From the NCBI GenBank assembly GCA_035691285.1, contig DASSJI010000034.1, positions 12,358-76,357 on the forward strand: 64,000 nucleotides of DNA, written 5' to 3'. Under the pieces are notes generated by a model. It saw only the letters and a program-made list of their open reading frames with translations. It made no database searches and was not told the DNA's origin. The stretch comes from Vicinamibacteria bacterium (GTDB taxonomy: Bacteria > Acidobacteriota > Vicinamibacteria > Fen-336). The translations under genes were made by a program, and so were the position numbers. This document shows positions 30,544 through 39,979 of this stretch, piece by piece. The first letter of the stretch is position 1, and each line of letters starts with the position of its first letter.

Positions 30544-31304
30544 GCCTGCGCGGACTCCTCCACGAGCGCTGGCGCACCCGGGTCACGCTGCTGGCCTCGG
30601 GCTGTCTCGAGGGCCCGGAGCGGGAGCGGACCCTCGCGCATCTGGAGGCGTGCCCCACGTGCCGCCGCGAGCACGACGAGGTGCGCGCCCTGGTCGCGGC
30701 CGTGGCGCAGGATCCCGCTCGCACCGCGGAGCCGCCCGTGGCGCTGCCGTTCCTCGTCACGCGGGTGGAGGCGCACCTCGACGCCGTGGTGCGGTCGCGG
30801 CCGTGGCGGTGGGGCTGGCTCGCCGCGGGCATCGCGATCGGCCTCCTGGCCGCGCCGATCGCCGTCCGCCTCGTGGAACGCCAGCGCGCCGCGGAGGCGC
30901 CACCGGCGCCGGCGATCGCGATGGACGAGGCGGCCCTGCGCCGGCTCGAGCGCGTCCTGGCCCGGGAGCAGGCCGTGCGCTACCTGGCCGAGGCCGAGAA
31001 CGTGCTGGTGAACCTGAAGGCCCATCCGCGGCCTTGCCCGAGCGAGCACGCCCACGTCGAGCTGGAGGAGGAGGTGCTGCGCAGCAGGGAGCTCGTGGCG
31101 CGGCGGGCGCTGCTCGTGGACCTCGAAGGGGACGCGCTGATGCCGGCCCGGGACGTGCTCGTGGACGTGGACAACGTGCTGCGCGAGGTCGCCGCGCTCC
31201 AGAGCTGCTCGCGCCGCGACGAGCTCGAGCGCCTGCGCCGCGAGATGGACGAGCGGCGGCTCCTGATGAAGGTGCGGCTCCTGTCCCGGGAGCTGCTCTC
31301 GTGA
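30540..31304 (+). CDS. anti-sigma factor (zinc-finger HxxxCxxC type, single TM)
   Basis: ATG overlaps sigma stop (ATGA); HLEACPTCRREHDE zinc motif; TM helix GWLAAGIAIGLLAAPIAV. Confidence 0.7.
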   Translation: MSLRGLLHERWRTRVTLLASGCLEGPERERTLAHLEACPTCRREHDEVRALVAAVAQDPARTAEPPVALPFLVTRVEAHLDAVVRSRPWRWGWLAAGIAIGLLAAPIAVRLVERQRAAEAPPAPAIAMDEAALRRLERVLAREQAVRYLAEAENVLVNLKAHPRPCPSEHAHVELEEEVLRSRELVARRALLVDLEGDALMPARDVLVDVDNVLREVAALQSCSRRDELERLRREMDERRLLMKVRLLSRELLS

Positions 31305-32122
31305 AGGCGCTCGTCCTCGCCCTGCTCTTCCCGGCCCTCCTCGCCGCGGACGAGGACCGCCTGCGCGGCGCGAAGGCGCTGGTCTTCGACCGCAAGTACG
31401 CCGAGGCTCGCGCCGCGTGGCAGGAGATCCTGCGGGCCTCGAGCGGGGAGGACGCGGCGACCGCCGCGTACTGGATCGCTCGCTGCTCGGAGAGCCTCAA
31501 GGAGGATGCCCGGGCCCTCGAGGAGTACTCGGCCTTCCTGGAGCGGAGGCCGCGCGACTCGGCCCTCGCCGAGGAGGCGCGCCAGAACCGGGTCGCCCTC
31601 GCGGCGCGGCTCTACCGCTCCGGCCAGAAGCAGCACCTGCCGGTGGTCCAGGGGGCGCTCGCCGACCCCAGCCGGAACGTGCGCACCTTCGCCGCCTTCC
31701 AGCTCGCCGAGCTGGGCCGGCCCGCGGCGAACGAGGCGATCCCGATCCTGAAGCGGATCGCGGTCGAGGAGAAGGACCCCGACCTCGTGAACCGGGCGAC
31801 GCTTCTGCTCCTGCGTCTCGACCCGAAGTCGCTCCCGGCGGCCGGAACGACGCCCAAGCCCGACGCGCCGACGGGAGCGGTGCGCTTCCTGCGCGTGCGG
31901 GTGTTCGAGGGCCCGGGCGCCAAGCCGACGGTGTCGATCAACCTGCCCATGGGGCTCGCCGAGTTCGCCTTCAAGAGCCTTCCCGAAGACGCGAAGCGCG
32001 AGCTCAAGGAGCAGGGCTACGACGCCGAGAACTTCTGGGAGCGGCTCAAGGCGCTGGGACCGACAGAGATCCTCACGGTCGAGGGCCGGGACGGCGAGCG
32101 CGTCCAGATCTGGATCGAGTAG
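31301..32122 (+). CDS. hypothetical secreted protein co-transcribed with ECF sigma/anti-sigma
   Basis: GTG overlaps anti-sigma stop (GTGA); signal peptide VKALVLALLFPALLAADE; 273 aa. Confidence 0.5.
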   Translation: MKALVLALLFPALLAADEDRLRGAKALVFDRKYAEARAAWQEILRASSGEDAATAAYWIARCSESLKEDARALEEYSAFLERRPRDSALAEEARQNRVALAARLYRSGQKQHLPVVQGALADPSRNVRTFAAFQLAELGRPAANEAIPILKRIAVEEKDPDLVNRATLLLLRLDPKSLPAAGTTPKPDAPTGAVRFLRVRVFEGPGAKPTVSINLPMGLAEFAFKSLPEDAKRELKEQGYDAENFWERLKALGPTEILTVEGRDGERVQIWIE

Positions 32123-32235
32123 CTGTCCAGGCGCGCGGACAGCCGGCCACCGCGGCGCGCCCGTAACTGCCTGATCCCGCGGGACGATCGCCTGGAACGT
32201 CGCTTGCTTCGCGGACACCCATGGGAGGTGTCCTG

Positions 32236-32505
32236 ATGAGACGCGGCTTATCCCTCCTGGCGGCGTCGTTCCTCGCACTCGCCCTCGCGGGGACGGCCGA
32301 GGCCAAACACCGCCACTCGCGCGGCTGCGGCCACAGCCATGGTCATGCGAGCCACTACTCGCCGGGCTACGTGCGTTACCACGCCCCGCGCCCGATCGTC
32401 GTGTACCGGCCGTACTACAGGCCTGTGTACGTGCCCTACGACCGCCCGTACTACTACGGCCGGCCGCACGGATACGTGAGCCTGCACTTCAGCTTCGGCC
32501 GCTGA
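32236..32505 (+). CDS. small secreted His/Tyr/Pro-rich protein
   Basis: GGGAGGTG SD 5 nt before ATG 32236; signal peptide MRRGLSLLAASFLALALAGTAEA; mature part HRHSRGCGHSHGHASHYSPGYVRYHAPRPIVVYRPYYRPVYVPYDRPYYYGRPHGYV. Confidence 0.45.
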   Translation: MRRGLSLLAASFLALALAGTAEAKHRHSRGCGHSHGHASHYSPGYVRYHAPRPIVVYRPYYRPVYVPYDRPYYYGRPHGYVSLHFSFGR

Positions 32506-32557
32506 GGTCCGCGCCGAGCGGCCGCTTCCAGGGCCGCCTGTGGCATGATCCCGCGCG

Positions 32558-33136
32558 ATGAGCGATCGCCGCCGCCTGCTGGGCGCCTTCGTGCGTCGCC
32601 CGACGCGGACGGGGGCGGTGATCCCCAGCTCGCGCGAGCTCGCGGAGCTGATGACCGCCGACCTCGGCCTCCACGAGGCCGAGACGGTCGTGGAGTTCGG
32701 GGCCGGCACGGGCGTGTTCACGCGGCTGATCGGCGAGCGGGTCAAGGACGGCGCGCTGGTCCTGGCCTTCGAGATCGACTCGGAGCTCGCCGCGGAGCTG
32801 CAGGGCGAGGTCAGAGGCGTGCGGATCGTGAACGACTCGGCGGAGCGCGTCCTCGCGCACCTCAAGGCCGCCGGCCGGGAAGCCGCCGACTGCATCGTCT
32901 CCGGCCTTCCCTGGGCGCTCTTCTCCCACGAGCTGCAGGCGCGCCTCCTCGCCGCCGTCGTGGGCGCCCTGAAGCCGGGCGGCCGCTTCGCGACGTTCGC
33001 CTACGTTCCCGCGGCCTGGCTGCCGACCGGCCGCCGCTTTCGCAAGCTCCTGCACCATCACTTCCAGCGCGTCGAGACGACCCACGTGGTGTGGAAGAAT
33101 TTCCCGCCGGCGTTCGTGTACCGCTGCACGAACTGA
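32558..33136 (+). CDS. class I SAM-dependent methyltransferase
   Basis: VVEFGAGTGVFT motif I, acidic motif II (LAFEID); 192 aa. Confidence 0.75.
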   Translation: MSDRRRLLGAFVRRPTRTGAVIPSSRELAELMTADLGLHEAETVVEFGAGTGVFTRLIGERVKDGALVLAFEIDSELAAELQGEVRGVRIVNDSAERVLAHLKAAGREAADCIVSGLPWALFSHELQARLLAAVVGALKPGGRFATFAYVPAAWLPTGRRFRKLLHHHFQRVETTHVVWKNFPPAFVYRCTN

Positions 33137-33180
33137 CAGGACGTGCATCGGCCGGGCGCTCGCCTTGCATCGCGGCGCCT

Positions 33181-33561
33181 TCAGGCCGTCCGGTAGAGCT
33201 CGAGCCCGGGCAGGTCCTCGAAGTCCCGTCGATTGAGCGTCCAAAGGCGTGCGCCGAGGGTCAAGGCGCAGGCCGCGATCGCGAGGTCGATCTCCCGGCC
33301 CCGGCAGCGGCGAAGAAGGACGCAGAGCCGGGCTGCGCGCGCCGCCTCGAGAGGGCCAAAGGGCAAGGCCAGCGCCGATGGAAACAGCGCGTCCTGCGCC
33401 GCGAGCTCCTCGGGAAGCCTGGGGCCGCGGAGCCATTCGTAGAGGACGAGACTCGGCACCAGGAGACGCTCGCCCGCCGCGATCGCGCGACGCAGCGCCG
33501 CTGCCGAGCGCCGGGGTCCGCTGAGCGCGTCGATGAGGACCGACGTGTCGAGGACGATCAA
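33181..33561 (-). CDS. vapC: type II toxin VapC (PIN domain ribonuclease)
   Basis: MIVLDTSVLIDAL... PIN acidic residues; 126 aa; 4-nt overlap with upstream antitoxin. Confidence 0.85.
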   Translation of the reverse strand: MIVLDTSVLIDALSGPRRSAAALRRAIAAGERLLVPSLVLYEWLRGPRLPEELAAQDALFPSALALPFGPLEAARAARLCVLLRRCRGREIDLAIAACALTLGARLWTLNRRDFEDLPGLELYRTA

Positions 33562-33857
33562 CCCGCGAGGCCGCGGCCGACGCTTCGGCGTCCGCCCGCA
33601 CGGCGGGCGCGGCGAAGCCCTTCGAGCTCGCGCTCCACCCCGGGGCGGGAACGCTTCGGAATCAGGGGCACCAGGCGATCGAATGCGTCGAGCTGCTGCC
33701 GGCGCTCCGACTCGCCGAGCCTTCCCGCGCGCTCGCTGAAGTCACGGATGGCATGGCGCACGACGGCGCTCTTCGGGACCGCGAGTCGTTCAGCGGCCGC
33801 GCTCAGGCGTGCCAGCGTTTCGTCGTCGAGCGTGAAGGTGACCTTGGTGGTCGCCAT
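33558..33857 (-). CDS. vapB: type II antitoxin (ribbon-helix-helix/VapB-like)
   Basis: 99 aa MATTKVTFTLDDETLARLSAAAERL... (RHH pattern); immediately upstream of and overlapping vapC. Confidence 0.7.
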   Translation of the reverse strand: MATTKVTFTLDDETLARLSAAAERLAVPKSAVVRHAIRDFSERAGRLGESERRQQLDAFDRLVPLIPKRSRPGVERELEGLRRARRAGGRRSVGRGLAG

Positions 33858-33893
33858 ACCATGGGAATACTACCATACTCGCGCCGCAGCCGC

Positions 33894-34817
33894 CTATGAC
33901 GGCGCGTAGTACCCGAGCTTGTGGCGCACCATGAGGTCGACGCGGTCCGGCACGCGCACTACGATGCGCCGCCACTTCCCGTCGCGGCGCTTGTTGGTCG
34001 AGACGTAGCCCAGGTTGTACTGGGTGCGCAGCTCCTCGGCGATCTTGTCGTAGACCGTGTCGAGCTCGGAGATCGAGTTCGGCATGAAGAGCTGGCCGCC
34101 GGTGTCGCGGCACAGGGTCGTGAGGAGGTGCACGGCCTGGCTGAACTCCAGTCGATCCCGGTCCGAGGCGCGGGTGGGCCGCAGGCTGATCGCGTAGATG
34201 GCGATCTCGGTCTTGCGGGCGAGGTCGATCACCTGCTCGTCGCTGACGAGGGACGCCGTGTCCTCGCCGTCCGAGAGCAGGACGATCGCGCGGCGCCGGA
34301 GCTCGCCCGCCTTCTTCTGCTTCGAGAGGTCGCGCAGGGTCACGTAGAGGGCGTTGTGGAGCGCCGTGGGCCCGGAGGCGCTGGTGCGCCGCAGCGCCCC
34401 GTCGAGGAGCTCGACATCCGAGGTGTAGTCCTGGAGCACGCTGATGCGCTCGTTGAACTGGGTCACCTGGGCCAGGTCCTGGGCGCGCAGGGTCTTGACG
34501 AAGCGGACTCCCGCCTCCTGGGCGGCGGACAGCTTCTCGTCCATCGAAGCGGACGTGTCGAGGAGCAGCGCCAGGGAGATCGGCAGGTTCTCGTGGGTGT
34601 AGAGGCTCAGGTCCTGGCGCACGCCGTCCTCGTACACGGCGAAGCTCTTGTCGCCGAGGTCGGTGACGTAGCGCCCGCGGCCGTCGGTCACCGACACGTT
34701 CAGGTTGATCACCTCGATCTCGACCCCGAAGGTCGGCGGTCGCGGCGTCGCCTGCGGCGTCTGGGCCGCGGCGGGCCCCGCAATCACCGTCGCCAGCAAC
34801 AAGCCTGCAGGACGCAT
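33894..34817 (-). CDS. von Willebrand factor A (VWA) domain protein, secreted
   Basis: ATG 34817 (MRPAGLLLATVIAGPAAAQT signal); MIDAS motif LLLDTSASM; first 99 aa of track ORF are artefact. Confidence 0.7.
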   Translation of the reverse strand: MRPAGLLLATVIAGPAAAQTPQATPRPPTFGVEIEVINLNVSVTDGRGRYVTDLGDKSFAVYEDGVRQDLSLYTHENLPISLALLLDTSASMDEKLSAAQEAGVRFVKTLRAQDLAQVTQFNERISVLQDYTSDVELLDGALRRTSASGPTALHNALYVTLRDLSKQKKAGELRRRAIVLLSDGEDTASLVSDEQVIDLARKTEIAIYAISLRPTRASDRDRLEFSQAVHLLTTLCRDTGGQLFMPNSISELDTVYDKIAEELRTQYNLGYVSTNKRRDGKWRRIVVRVPDRVDLMVRHKLGYYAPS

Positions 34818-34819
34818 GG

Positions 34820-35650
34820 TCAACGCCCCGGCAGGGCCCGCGCGCGGAGGCCGGGGCGTGAGACCTGGACCTCGACCTTGCGCTCCTTCAGCCCGGGCGG
34901 GGTCTCGTAGGAGAGGCGCAGGCCCGGCGCGAGGTCTTCGGCGAAGCCCGGCACGATCTTCGGCGCGGCCATGGCCGTGATCGATCGCTCGTGGCGCCCT
35001 CCAGGCTTCCTGGCCAGGTGGCTCATCACGTAGTCGTAGCTCGTCCGGTTCTCGAGGCTGGCGCCGCCCTCGTCGAACGAGAAGAAGAGGTAGAGATCGG
35101 CCCGCTGCTGGCACTCCTCGACGACGCGGAAGCGGTCGCGGCTCGAGAACTCGGTGGTCATGCCCGTGACCGCCACCACCGCGAGGCGCTCGCCCTCGCG
35201 CTTCTTGTGGAGCTCCGTGGTCACCTCGACCAGCGCATCGAGCAGGGTGTTCCCTCCCGATGGTACGACCCGCTTCAGCGCCACGGCCGCGCCCCTGTCC
35301 TCGGTGAGGTCCACGAGCTTGCGCGGGCGGTCTCCCGTCACCCAGATGCCGTAGCGGGCGCCCCGGGGCAGCGTCTTCACCAGGGTCGCGACGGCGTCGA
35401 CCAGGTACAGGCGATAGATCGACGAGATCTCCTCGCTGGAGTCCACCAGGACGGCGACGCTCAGCGGGCGCTCGTCGGGTGCGATCCTCACGATGTCGCG
35501 CACCACGCCGTTCTCGACGAGGGCCAGCTCGTCGGAGGTCAGGTCCTGCACCGGGCGGCCGCCGGCGTCGGTCACGACGACGTCGACGGTGCGCGTCACG
35601 AGGGCCGGCGCTGCGGCCTGGAGGAGCAGCGCGGCCAGCCCAGCCAGCAT
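34820..35650 (-). CDS. VWA-like domain protein (second of tandem pair)
   Basis: ATG 35650 ([18 protein letters not shown]); [11 protein letters not shown]-x-S-x-E-like motif; 2 nt upstream of the VWA gene. Confidence 0.5.
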   Translation of the reverse strand: MLAGLAALLLQAAAPALVTRTVDVVVTDAGGRPVQDLTSDELALVENGVVRDIVRIAPDERPLSVAVLVDSSEEISSIYRLYLVDAVATLVKTLPRGARYGIWVTGDRPRKLVDLTEDRGAAVALKRVVPSGGNTLLDALVEVTTELHKKREGERLAVVAVTGMTTEFSSRDRFRVVEECQQRADLYLFFSFDEGGASLENRTSYDYVMSHLARKPGGRHERSITAMAAPKIVPGFAEDLAPGLRLSYETPPGLKERKVEVQVSRPGLRARALPGR

Positions 35651-35668
35651 ATGATCCGAACCTATCAC

Positions 35669-36148
35669 ATGCCGGCGAGGGCGGCGGTCATCACCGTCAG
35701 CGATTCCGCCGCGGCGGGGGCACGCCAGGACGCCTCGGGCCCCGAGGCGCGACGGATCCTGCTGGAGGCCGGCTTCGAGACGGGCGCAGCGGTCGTCGTG
35801 CCCGACGAGCGCGACCGGATCGCCGCGGCCATCCGCGCGGCGGCCGCGGGCGCGAGCCTCGTCGTCACCACGGGCGGAACCGGGCTCGGGCCGCGGGACG
35901 TGACTCCCGAGGCGACGGGAGACGTGGTCGAGAGGGAGGCTCCCGGCATCGCGGAGCTCCTGCGGAGGATGGGGTTCGAGGAGACGCCGCTCGCGCCGCT
36001 GGGGCGCGGACGCGCCGGGACCGTGGGCCGCTGCCTCGTGGTCAACCTGCCCGGCAGCCCCAAGGGCGTGCGGCACGGCCTCGCGGTCCTGCTCCCGCTC
36101 CTGCCGCACGCCCTCGATCTGCTCGCCGGCCGGACCGAGCACGGGTGA
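35669..36148 (+). CDS. moaB: molybdenum cofactor biosynthesis protein B (MoaB/MogA family)
   Basis: [13 protein letters not shown]...[16 protein letters not shown]...NLPGSPKG MogA/MoaB signature; alternative ATG 35651 forms CATATG with divergent VWA start. Confidence 0.75.
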   Translation: MPARAAVITVSDSAAAGARQDASGPEARRILLEAGFETGAAVVVPDERDRIAAAIRAAAAGASLVVTTGGTGLGPRDVTPEATGDVVEREAPGIAELLRRMGFEETPLAPLGRGRAGTVGRCLVVNLPGSPKGVRHGLAVLLPLLPHALDLLAGRTEHG

Positions 36149-36153
36149 CGCGC

Positions 36154-36183
36154 TTGACGCCCTTCCGGGGGGTCCCCTAAGAT
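36154..36183 (+). promoter_or_regulatory. candidate sigma70-type promoter upstream of nuoL (TTGACG-N18-TAAGAT)
   Basis: cgcTTGACGcccttccggggggtcccCTAAGATcgccgcg; SD GCAGGAG then GTG 36218. Confidence 0.35.
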
Positions 36184-36217
36184 CGCCGCGCTCCCCTTAA
36201 CGCAGGAGTTCCCAAGC

Positions 36218-38323
36218 GTGAGCCCGTTCGTCGCTCTTATCCCGCTCCTTCCGCTCCTCGGCTTCCTGTTCAACCTGACCGTCGGCGTGCGCGTGCTGAC
36301 GAAGCGGCACGGCCACGGCGAGGCACAGCACGGCCCGTCGCCGATCATCGGCCTGGTGGCCTGCGGCTCGGTGCTCGCCTCGCTGCTCGTCTCGATCGCC
36401 GCCGTCGTCCAGGCCCGGGCGCAGCCCGGAGGCGTCCTGGTGGAGACGCTCTGGACCTGGCTGCCCGGCGGCGCCGCCGGGGTCGCGCCGTTCCAGATCG
36501 AGTGGGCCTACCAGGTCGATCCGCTCTCGTCGGTGATGCTGCTCGTCGTCAACTTCGTGAGCTTCCTGATCCACGTCTACTCGACGGGCTACATGGCCCA
36601 CGATCCCGGCTACGCGCGCTACATGGCGTACCTGAACCTCTTCATGTTCGCCATGCTGACGCTGGTGCTCGGCGCCAACTACCCGATCCTCTTCATCGGC
36701 TGGGAGGGCGTGGGCCTGTGCTCCTACCTGCTGATCGGCTTCTGGTTCGAGAAGCAGAGCGCCTCGGACGCGGGCAAGAAGGCGTTCATCGTGAACCGCA
36801 TCGGCGATGCCTTCTTCATCCTGGGCATGCTGCTCCTGTTCGAGACCTTCGGAAGCCTGGACTTCCGGACGGTGTTCGCCGCCGCCGAGCACCTGCCCGC
36901 CGAGCACGCCTGGGGCGGCACGCTCACCCTCGCCTGCCTGTTCCTGTTCCTCGGCGCCTGCGGCAAGAGCGCGCAGATCCCGCTCTACGTCTGGCTGCCC
37001 GACGCCATGGAGGGCCCCACCCCGGTGTCGGCCCTGATCCACGCGGCCACCATGGTGACGGCCGGCGTGTACATGGTGGCGCGCTCCTCGGTCCTCTACG
37101 CCCACGCGCCGAACGCGCTCCTGGTCGTGGCCGTGGTCGGCGCCGCGACGGCGCTCTTCGCGGCCTCGATCGGTCTCGTCCAGTACGACATCAAGCGCGT
37201 GCTGGCCTACTCCACGGTCAGCCAGCTCGGCTACATGTTCCTGGCGTGCGGCGTCGGAGCCTTCGCGGCAGGCGTCTTCCACCTGATGACCCACGCGTTC
37301 TTCAAGGCGCTGCTGTTCCTCGGCTCGGGCTCGGTGATCCACGCCATGTCGGGGGAGCAGGACATGCGGAAGATGGGCGGCCTGAAGGAGAAGCTGCCCG
37401 TCACGCACCTCACGATGTTCGTCGGCTGCCTGGCCATCGCCGGCGTGCCGTTCCTGGCCGGCTTCTTCTCGAAGGACGAGATCCTGTGGTCGGCCTACAA
37501 GCTCGGCGGCTACGGCCGCTGGGTATGGATGATCGGCCTGGTGACCGCCGGCATGACCGCCTTCTACATGTTCCGCCTCTTCTACATGACCTTCCACGGC
37601 GCCTTCCGGGGGACGCCCGAGCAGGCGCACCACGTCCACGAGTCGCCTTCCTCGATGACCGTGCCCCTCGTGGTGCTGGCGGGAGGATCGGCGCTGGCCG
37701 GCTACCTGGGCCTGCCGGCGGTGACGGGCCTGCCCAACGTGTTCGAGCACTTCCTCGAGCCCGTGCTCGAGCCCGCCCAGCACGCGCTGCGCGAGCTGTT
37801 CACGAGGCCCGTGCCCGGCCACGGCGTGGAGTGGGCCCTCATGGGGACGAGCGTCGCCTTTGGTCTCCTCGGCATATTCGTCGGGCGCCACTTCTTCAAA
37901 ACGCGCCCGGAGATTCCCGAGCGCCTGGCGAGGGCGTTCGCCGGGCCGCACCGCGTCCTGCTGAACAAGTACTACGTTGACGAGCTGTACGGCGCCGCTT
38001 TCGTGCGCGGCGTCGCGCTCGGCGGCGGCGGGATGCTCCACGGCCTCGACCGTCATGTGGTGGACGGCGGCGACGGCGAGGTGCGCCCCGGCCTCGGCGT
38101 GAACGGCCTGGCCTGGCTCGCCCGGGACATCGTGGCGCGCCTTTCCAACTTCTGGGACAAGTGGATCGTCGACGGCGGCTTGACCAAGGTCCCGCCCCTG
38201 GTCCTCGAGAACCTGAGCTACGTCTTCCGGGCCGTGCAGAACGGCCTCGTCCAGCACTACGCCCTGGCCATGTTCATCGGCGTGTTCCTGCTGATCGCCA
38301 TGACCCTCGGCCTTCCGTACTAG
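36218..38323 (+). CDS. nuoL: NADH-quinone oxidoreductase subunit L (antiporter-like)
   Basis: 701 aa, NuoL/ND5 signature incl. long C-terminal extension. Confidence 0.85.
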   Translation: MSPFVALIPLLPLLGFLFNLTVGVRVLTKRHGHGEAQHGPSPIIGLVACGSVLASLLVSIAAVVQARAQPGGVLVETLWTWLPGGAAGVAPFQIEWAYQVDPLSSVMLLVVNFVSFLIHVYSTGYMAHDPGYARYMAYLNLFMFAMLTLVLGANYPILFIGWEGVGLCSYLLIGFWFEKQSASDAGKKAFIVNRIGDAFFILGMLLLFETFGSLDFRTVFAAAEHLPAEHAWGGTLTLACLFLFLGACGKSAQIPLYVWLPDAMEGPTPVSALIHAATMVTAGVYMVARSSVLYAHAPNALLVVAVVGAATALFAASIGLVQYDIKRVLAYSTVSQLGYMFLACGVGAFAAGVFHLMTHAFFKALLFLGSGSVIHAMSGEQDMRKMGGLKEKLPVTHLTMFVGCLAIAGVPFLAGFFSKDEILWSAYKLGGYGRWVWMIGLVTAGMTAFYMFRLFYMTFHGAFRGTPEQAHHVHESPSSMTVPLVVLAGGSALAGYLGLPAVTGLPNVFEHFLEPVLEPAQHALRELFTRPVPGHGVEWALMGTSVAFGLLGIFVGRHFFKTRPEIPERLARAFAGPHRVLLNKYYVDELYGAAFVRGVALGGGGMLHGLDRHVVDGGDGEVRPGLGVNGLAWLARDIVARLSNFWDKWIVDGGLTKVPPLVLENLSYVFRAVQNGLVQHYALAMFIGVFLLIAMTLGLPY

Positions 38324-38335
38324 GAGCCGCATCGC

Positions 38336-39964
38336 ATGGACCTCTTCTCCGGCCACCTGCTCTCGGCGATCACCTTCACGCCCCTCGCCGGGGCGCTGCT
38401 GCTGCTGCTGCCCGTCTTCCGGGGCAAGGACGACGCGGTGCGCTGGTTCGCGAACGGCGTCGGGCTTCTGGGGTTCCTGGTCAGCCTGCCCTTGTGGACG
38501 CAGTTCGACCGGGCGAAGGCGGGCTTCCAGTTCGAAGAGCGCTACGACTGGATCCCGTCGATCGGCGTCAGCTACTACTTCGGCGTGGACGGGATCAGCG
38601 CGCTCCTGATCCTGCTCACGACCCTGCTCGGCTTCGTCTCGATCCTCAGCTCCTGGAAGGCGATCACGGAGCGGGTGCGCCAGTACTACGTGTTCCTGCT
38701 GCTGCTCCAGACCGGAATGCTCGGCGTCTTCTGCGCCCTGGACCTGTTCCTGTTCTACGTGTTCTGGGAGGTGATGCTCGTCCCGATGTACTTCCTGATC
38801 GGGATCTGGGGCGGGACCCGAAGGCTCTACGCCGCGATCAAGTTCTTCCTCTACACCCTGGTGGGCTCCGTGGTGATGCTGCTCGGCATCCTGGCCCTCT
38901 ACTTCCACTCGCGCAAGCTCCCCGGCCTGGAGGCGACCGGCACCTTCGACTTCACGAAGTGGCTGGAGATGGGCATCCCGCCGGAGCTGCAGTTCTGGGT
39001 GTTCCTCGCCTTCTTCCTGGGCTTCGCCATCAAGGTGCCGATGTTCCCGTTCCACACCTGGCTGCCAGACGCCCACGTCGAGGCGCCCACCGCCGGCTCG
39101 GTGATCCTGGCCGGCGTGCTGCTGAAGATGGGGACCTACGGCTTCGTGCGCTTCTCCTTGCCGCTGCTGCCCGACGCGATCTTCGCGCCGCTCCTGGGCA
39201 TGACCATCCAGGGCTGGATGGTGCTGCTGTCGATCATCGGCATCGTGTACGCGGGCCTCGTCACCCTGGTCCAGAAGGACATGAAGAGGCTCGTGGCCTA
39301 CTCGTCGGTGAGCCACCTGGGCTTCGTGATGCTGGGGATGTTCGCGCTGTCGCCGCTCGGGATCGAAGGCAGCGTGCTCCAGATGGTGAACCACGGCCTC
39401 AGCACGGGGGCGCTGTTCCTCCTCGTGGGGATCGTCTACGAGCGCCGCCACACCAAGGAGATCGCACAGTTCGGTGGCCTCGCCCACGTCACGCCCGTGT
39501 ACGCGGCCTTCACGTTGATCTTCTTCCTGGCGTCGATGGGCATGCCGCTGCTCAACGGCTTCATCGGCGAGTTCATGATCCTGCAGGCGGCGTTCCTGGC
39601 GAACCGCACGTGGGCGTACTGGGCGGTGTGGGGCGTGGTGCTCGGCGCCGCCTACCTGCTGTGGCTCTATCAGCGCGTGTTCTGGGGCAGGCTCACCCAC
39701 GACGAGAACCGGGACCTGCCGGACCTCTCGAGCCGCGAGCTCGCGACCCTCGTGCCCCTGGCCGTGCTCTGCTTCTGGATCGGCCTCTACCCCAAGCCGT
39801 TCCTGGAGTTCCTCCACGTCCCCGCCGCCAGGATCGCGGACGTGATCCAGCCCGGAAAGTTCACGCCCAAGGCGGCCCAGACCAACGAGCCGATGGCAGA
39901 GGCGCCCGTCACGCCGCTCGCGGAGCCACAGGTCGTGCCCGACCGTACCCCGGCGACGAACTGA
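38336..39964 (+). CDS. nuoM: NADH-quinone oxidoreductase subunit M
   Basis: 542 aa NuoM/ND4 family (conserved FFLGFAIKVPMFPFHTWLPDAHVEAPT). Confidence 0.85.
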   Translation: MDLFSGHLLSAITFTPLAGALLLLLPVFRGKDDAVRWFANGVGLLGFLVSLPLWTQFDRAKAGFQFEERYDWIPSIGVSYYFGVDGISALLILLTTLLGFVSILSSWKAITERVRQYYVFLLLLQTGMLGVFCALDLFLFYVFWEVMLVPMYFLIGIWGGTRRLYAAIKFFLYTLVGSVVMLLGILALYFHSRKLPGLEATGTFDFTKWLEMGIPPELQFWVFLAFFLGFAIKVPMFPFHTWLPDAHVEAPTAGSVILAGVLLKMGTYGFVRFSLPLLPDAIFAPLLGMTIQGWMVLLSIIGIVYAGLVTLVQKDMKRLVAYSSVSHLGFVMLGMFALSPLGIEGSVLQMVNHGLSTGALFLLVGIVYERRHTKEIAQFGGLAHVTPVYAAFTLIFFLASMGMPLLNGFIGEFMILQAAFLANRTWAYWAVWGVVLGAAYLLWLYQRVFWGRLTHDENRDLPDLSSRELATLVPLAVLCFWIGLYPKPFLEFLHVPAARIADVIQPGKFTPKAAQTNEPMAEAPVTPLAEPQVVPDRTPATN

Positions 39965-39979
39965 ACGGGCCGACGCGCG

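Noticed and set aside
35651-35668. ATG 35651 as moaB start (CATATG shared with divergent VWA gene start)
   Set aside because: Possible, but MogA/MoaB alignments favour [12 protein letters not shown] at 35669; left as an alternative.
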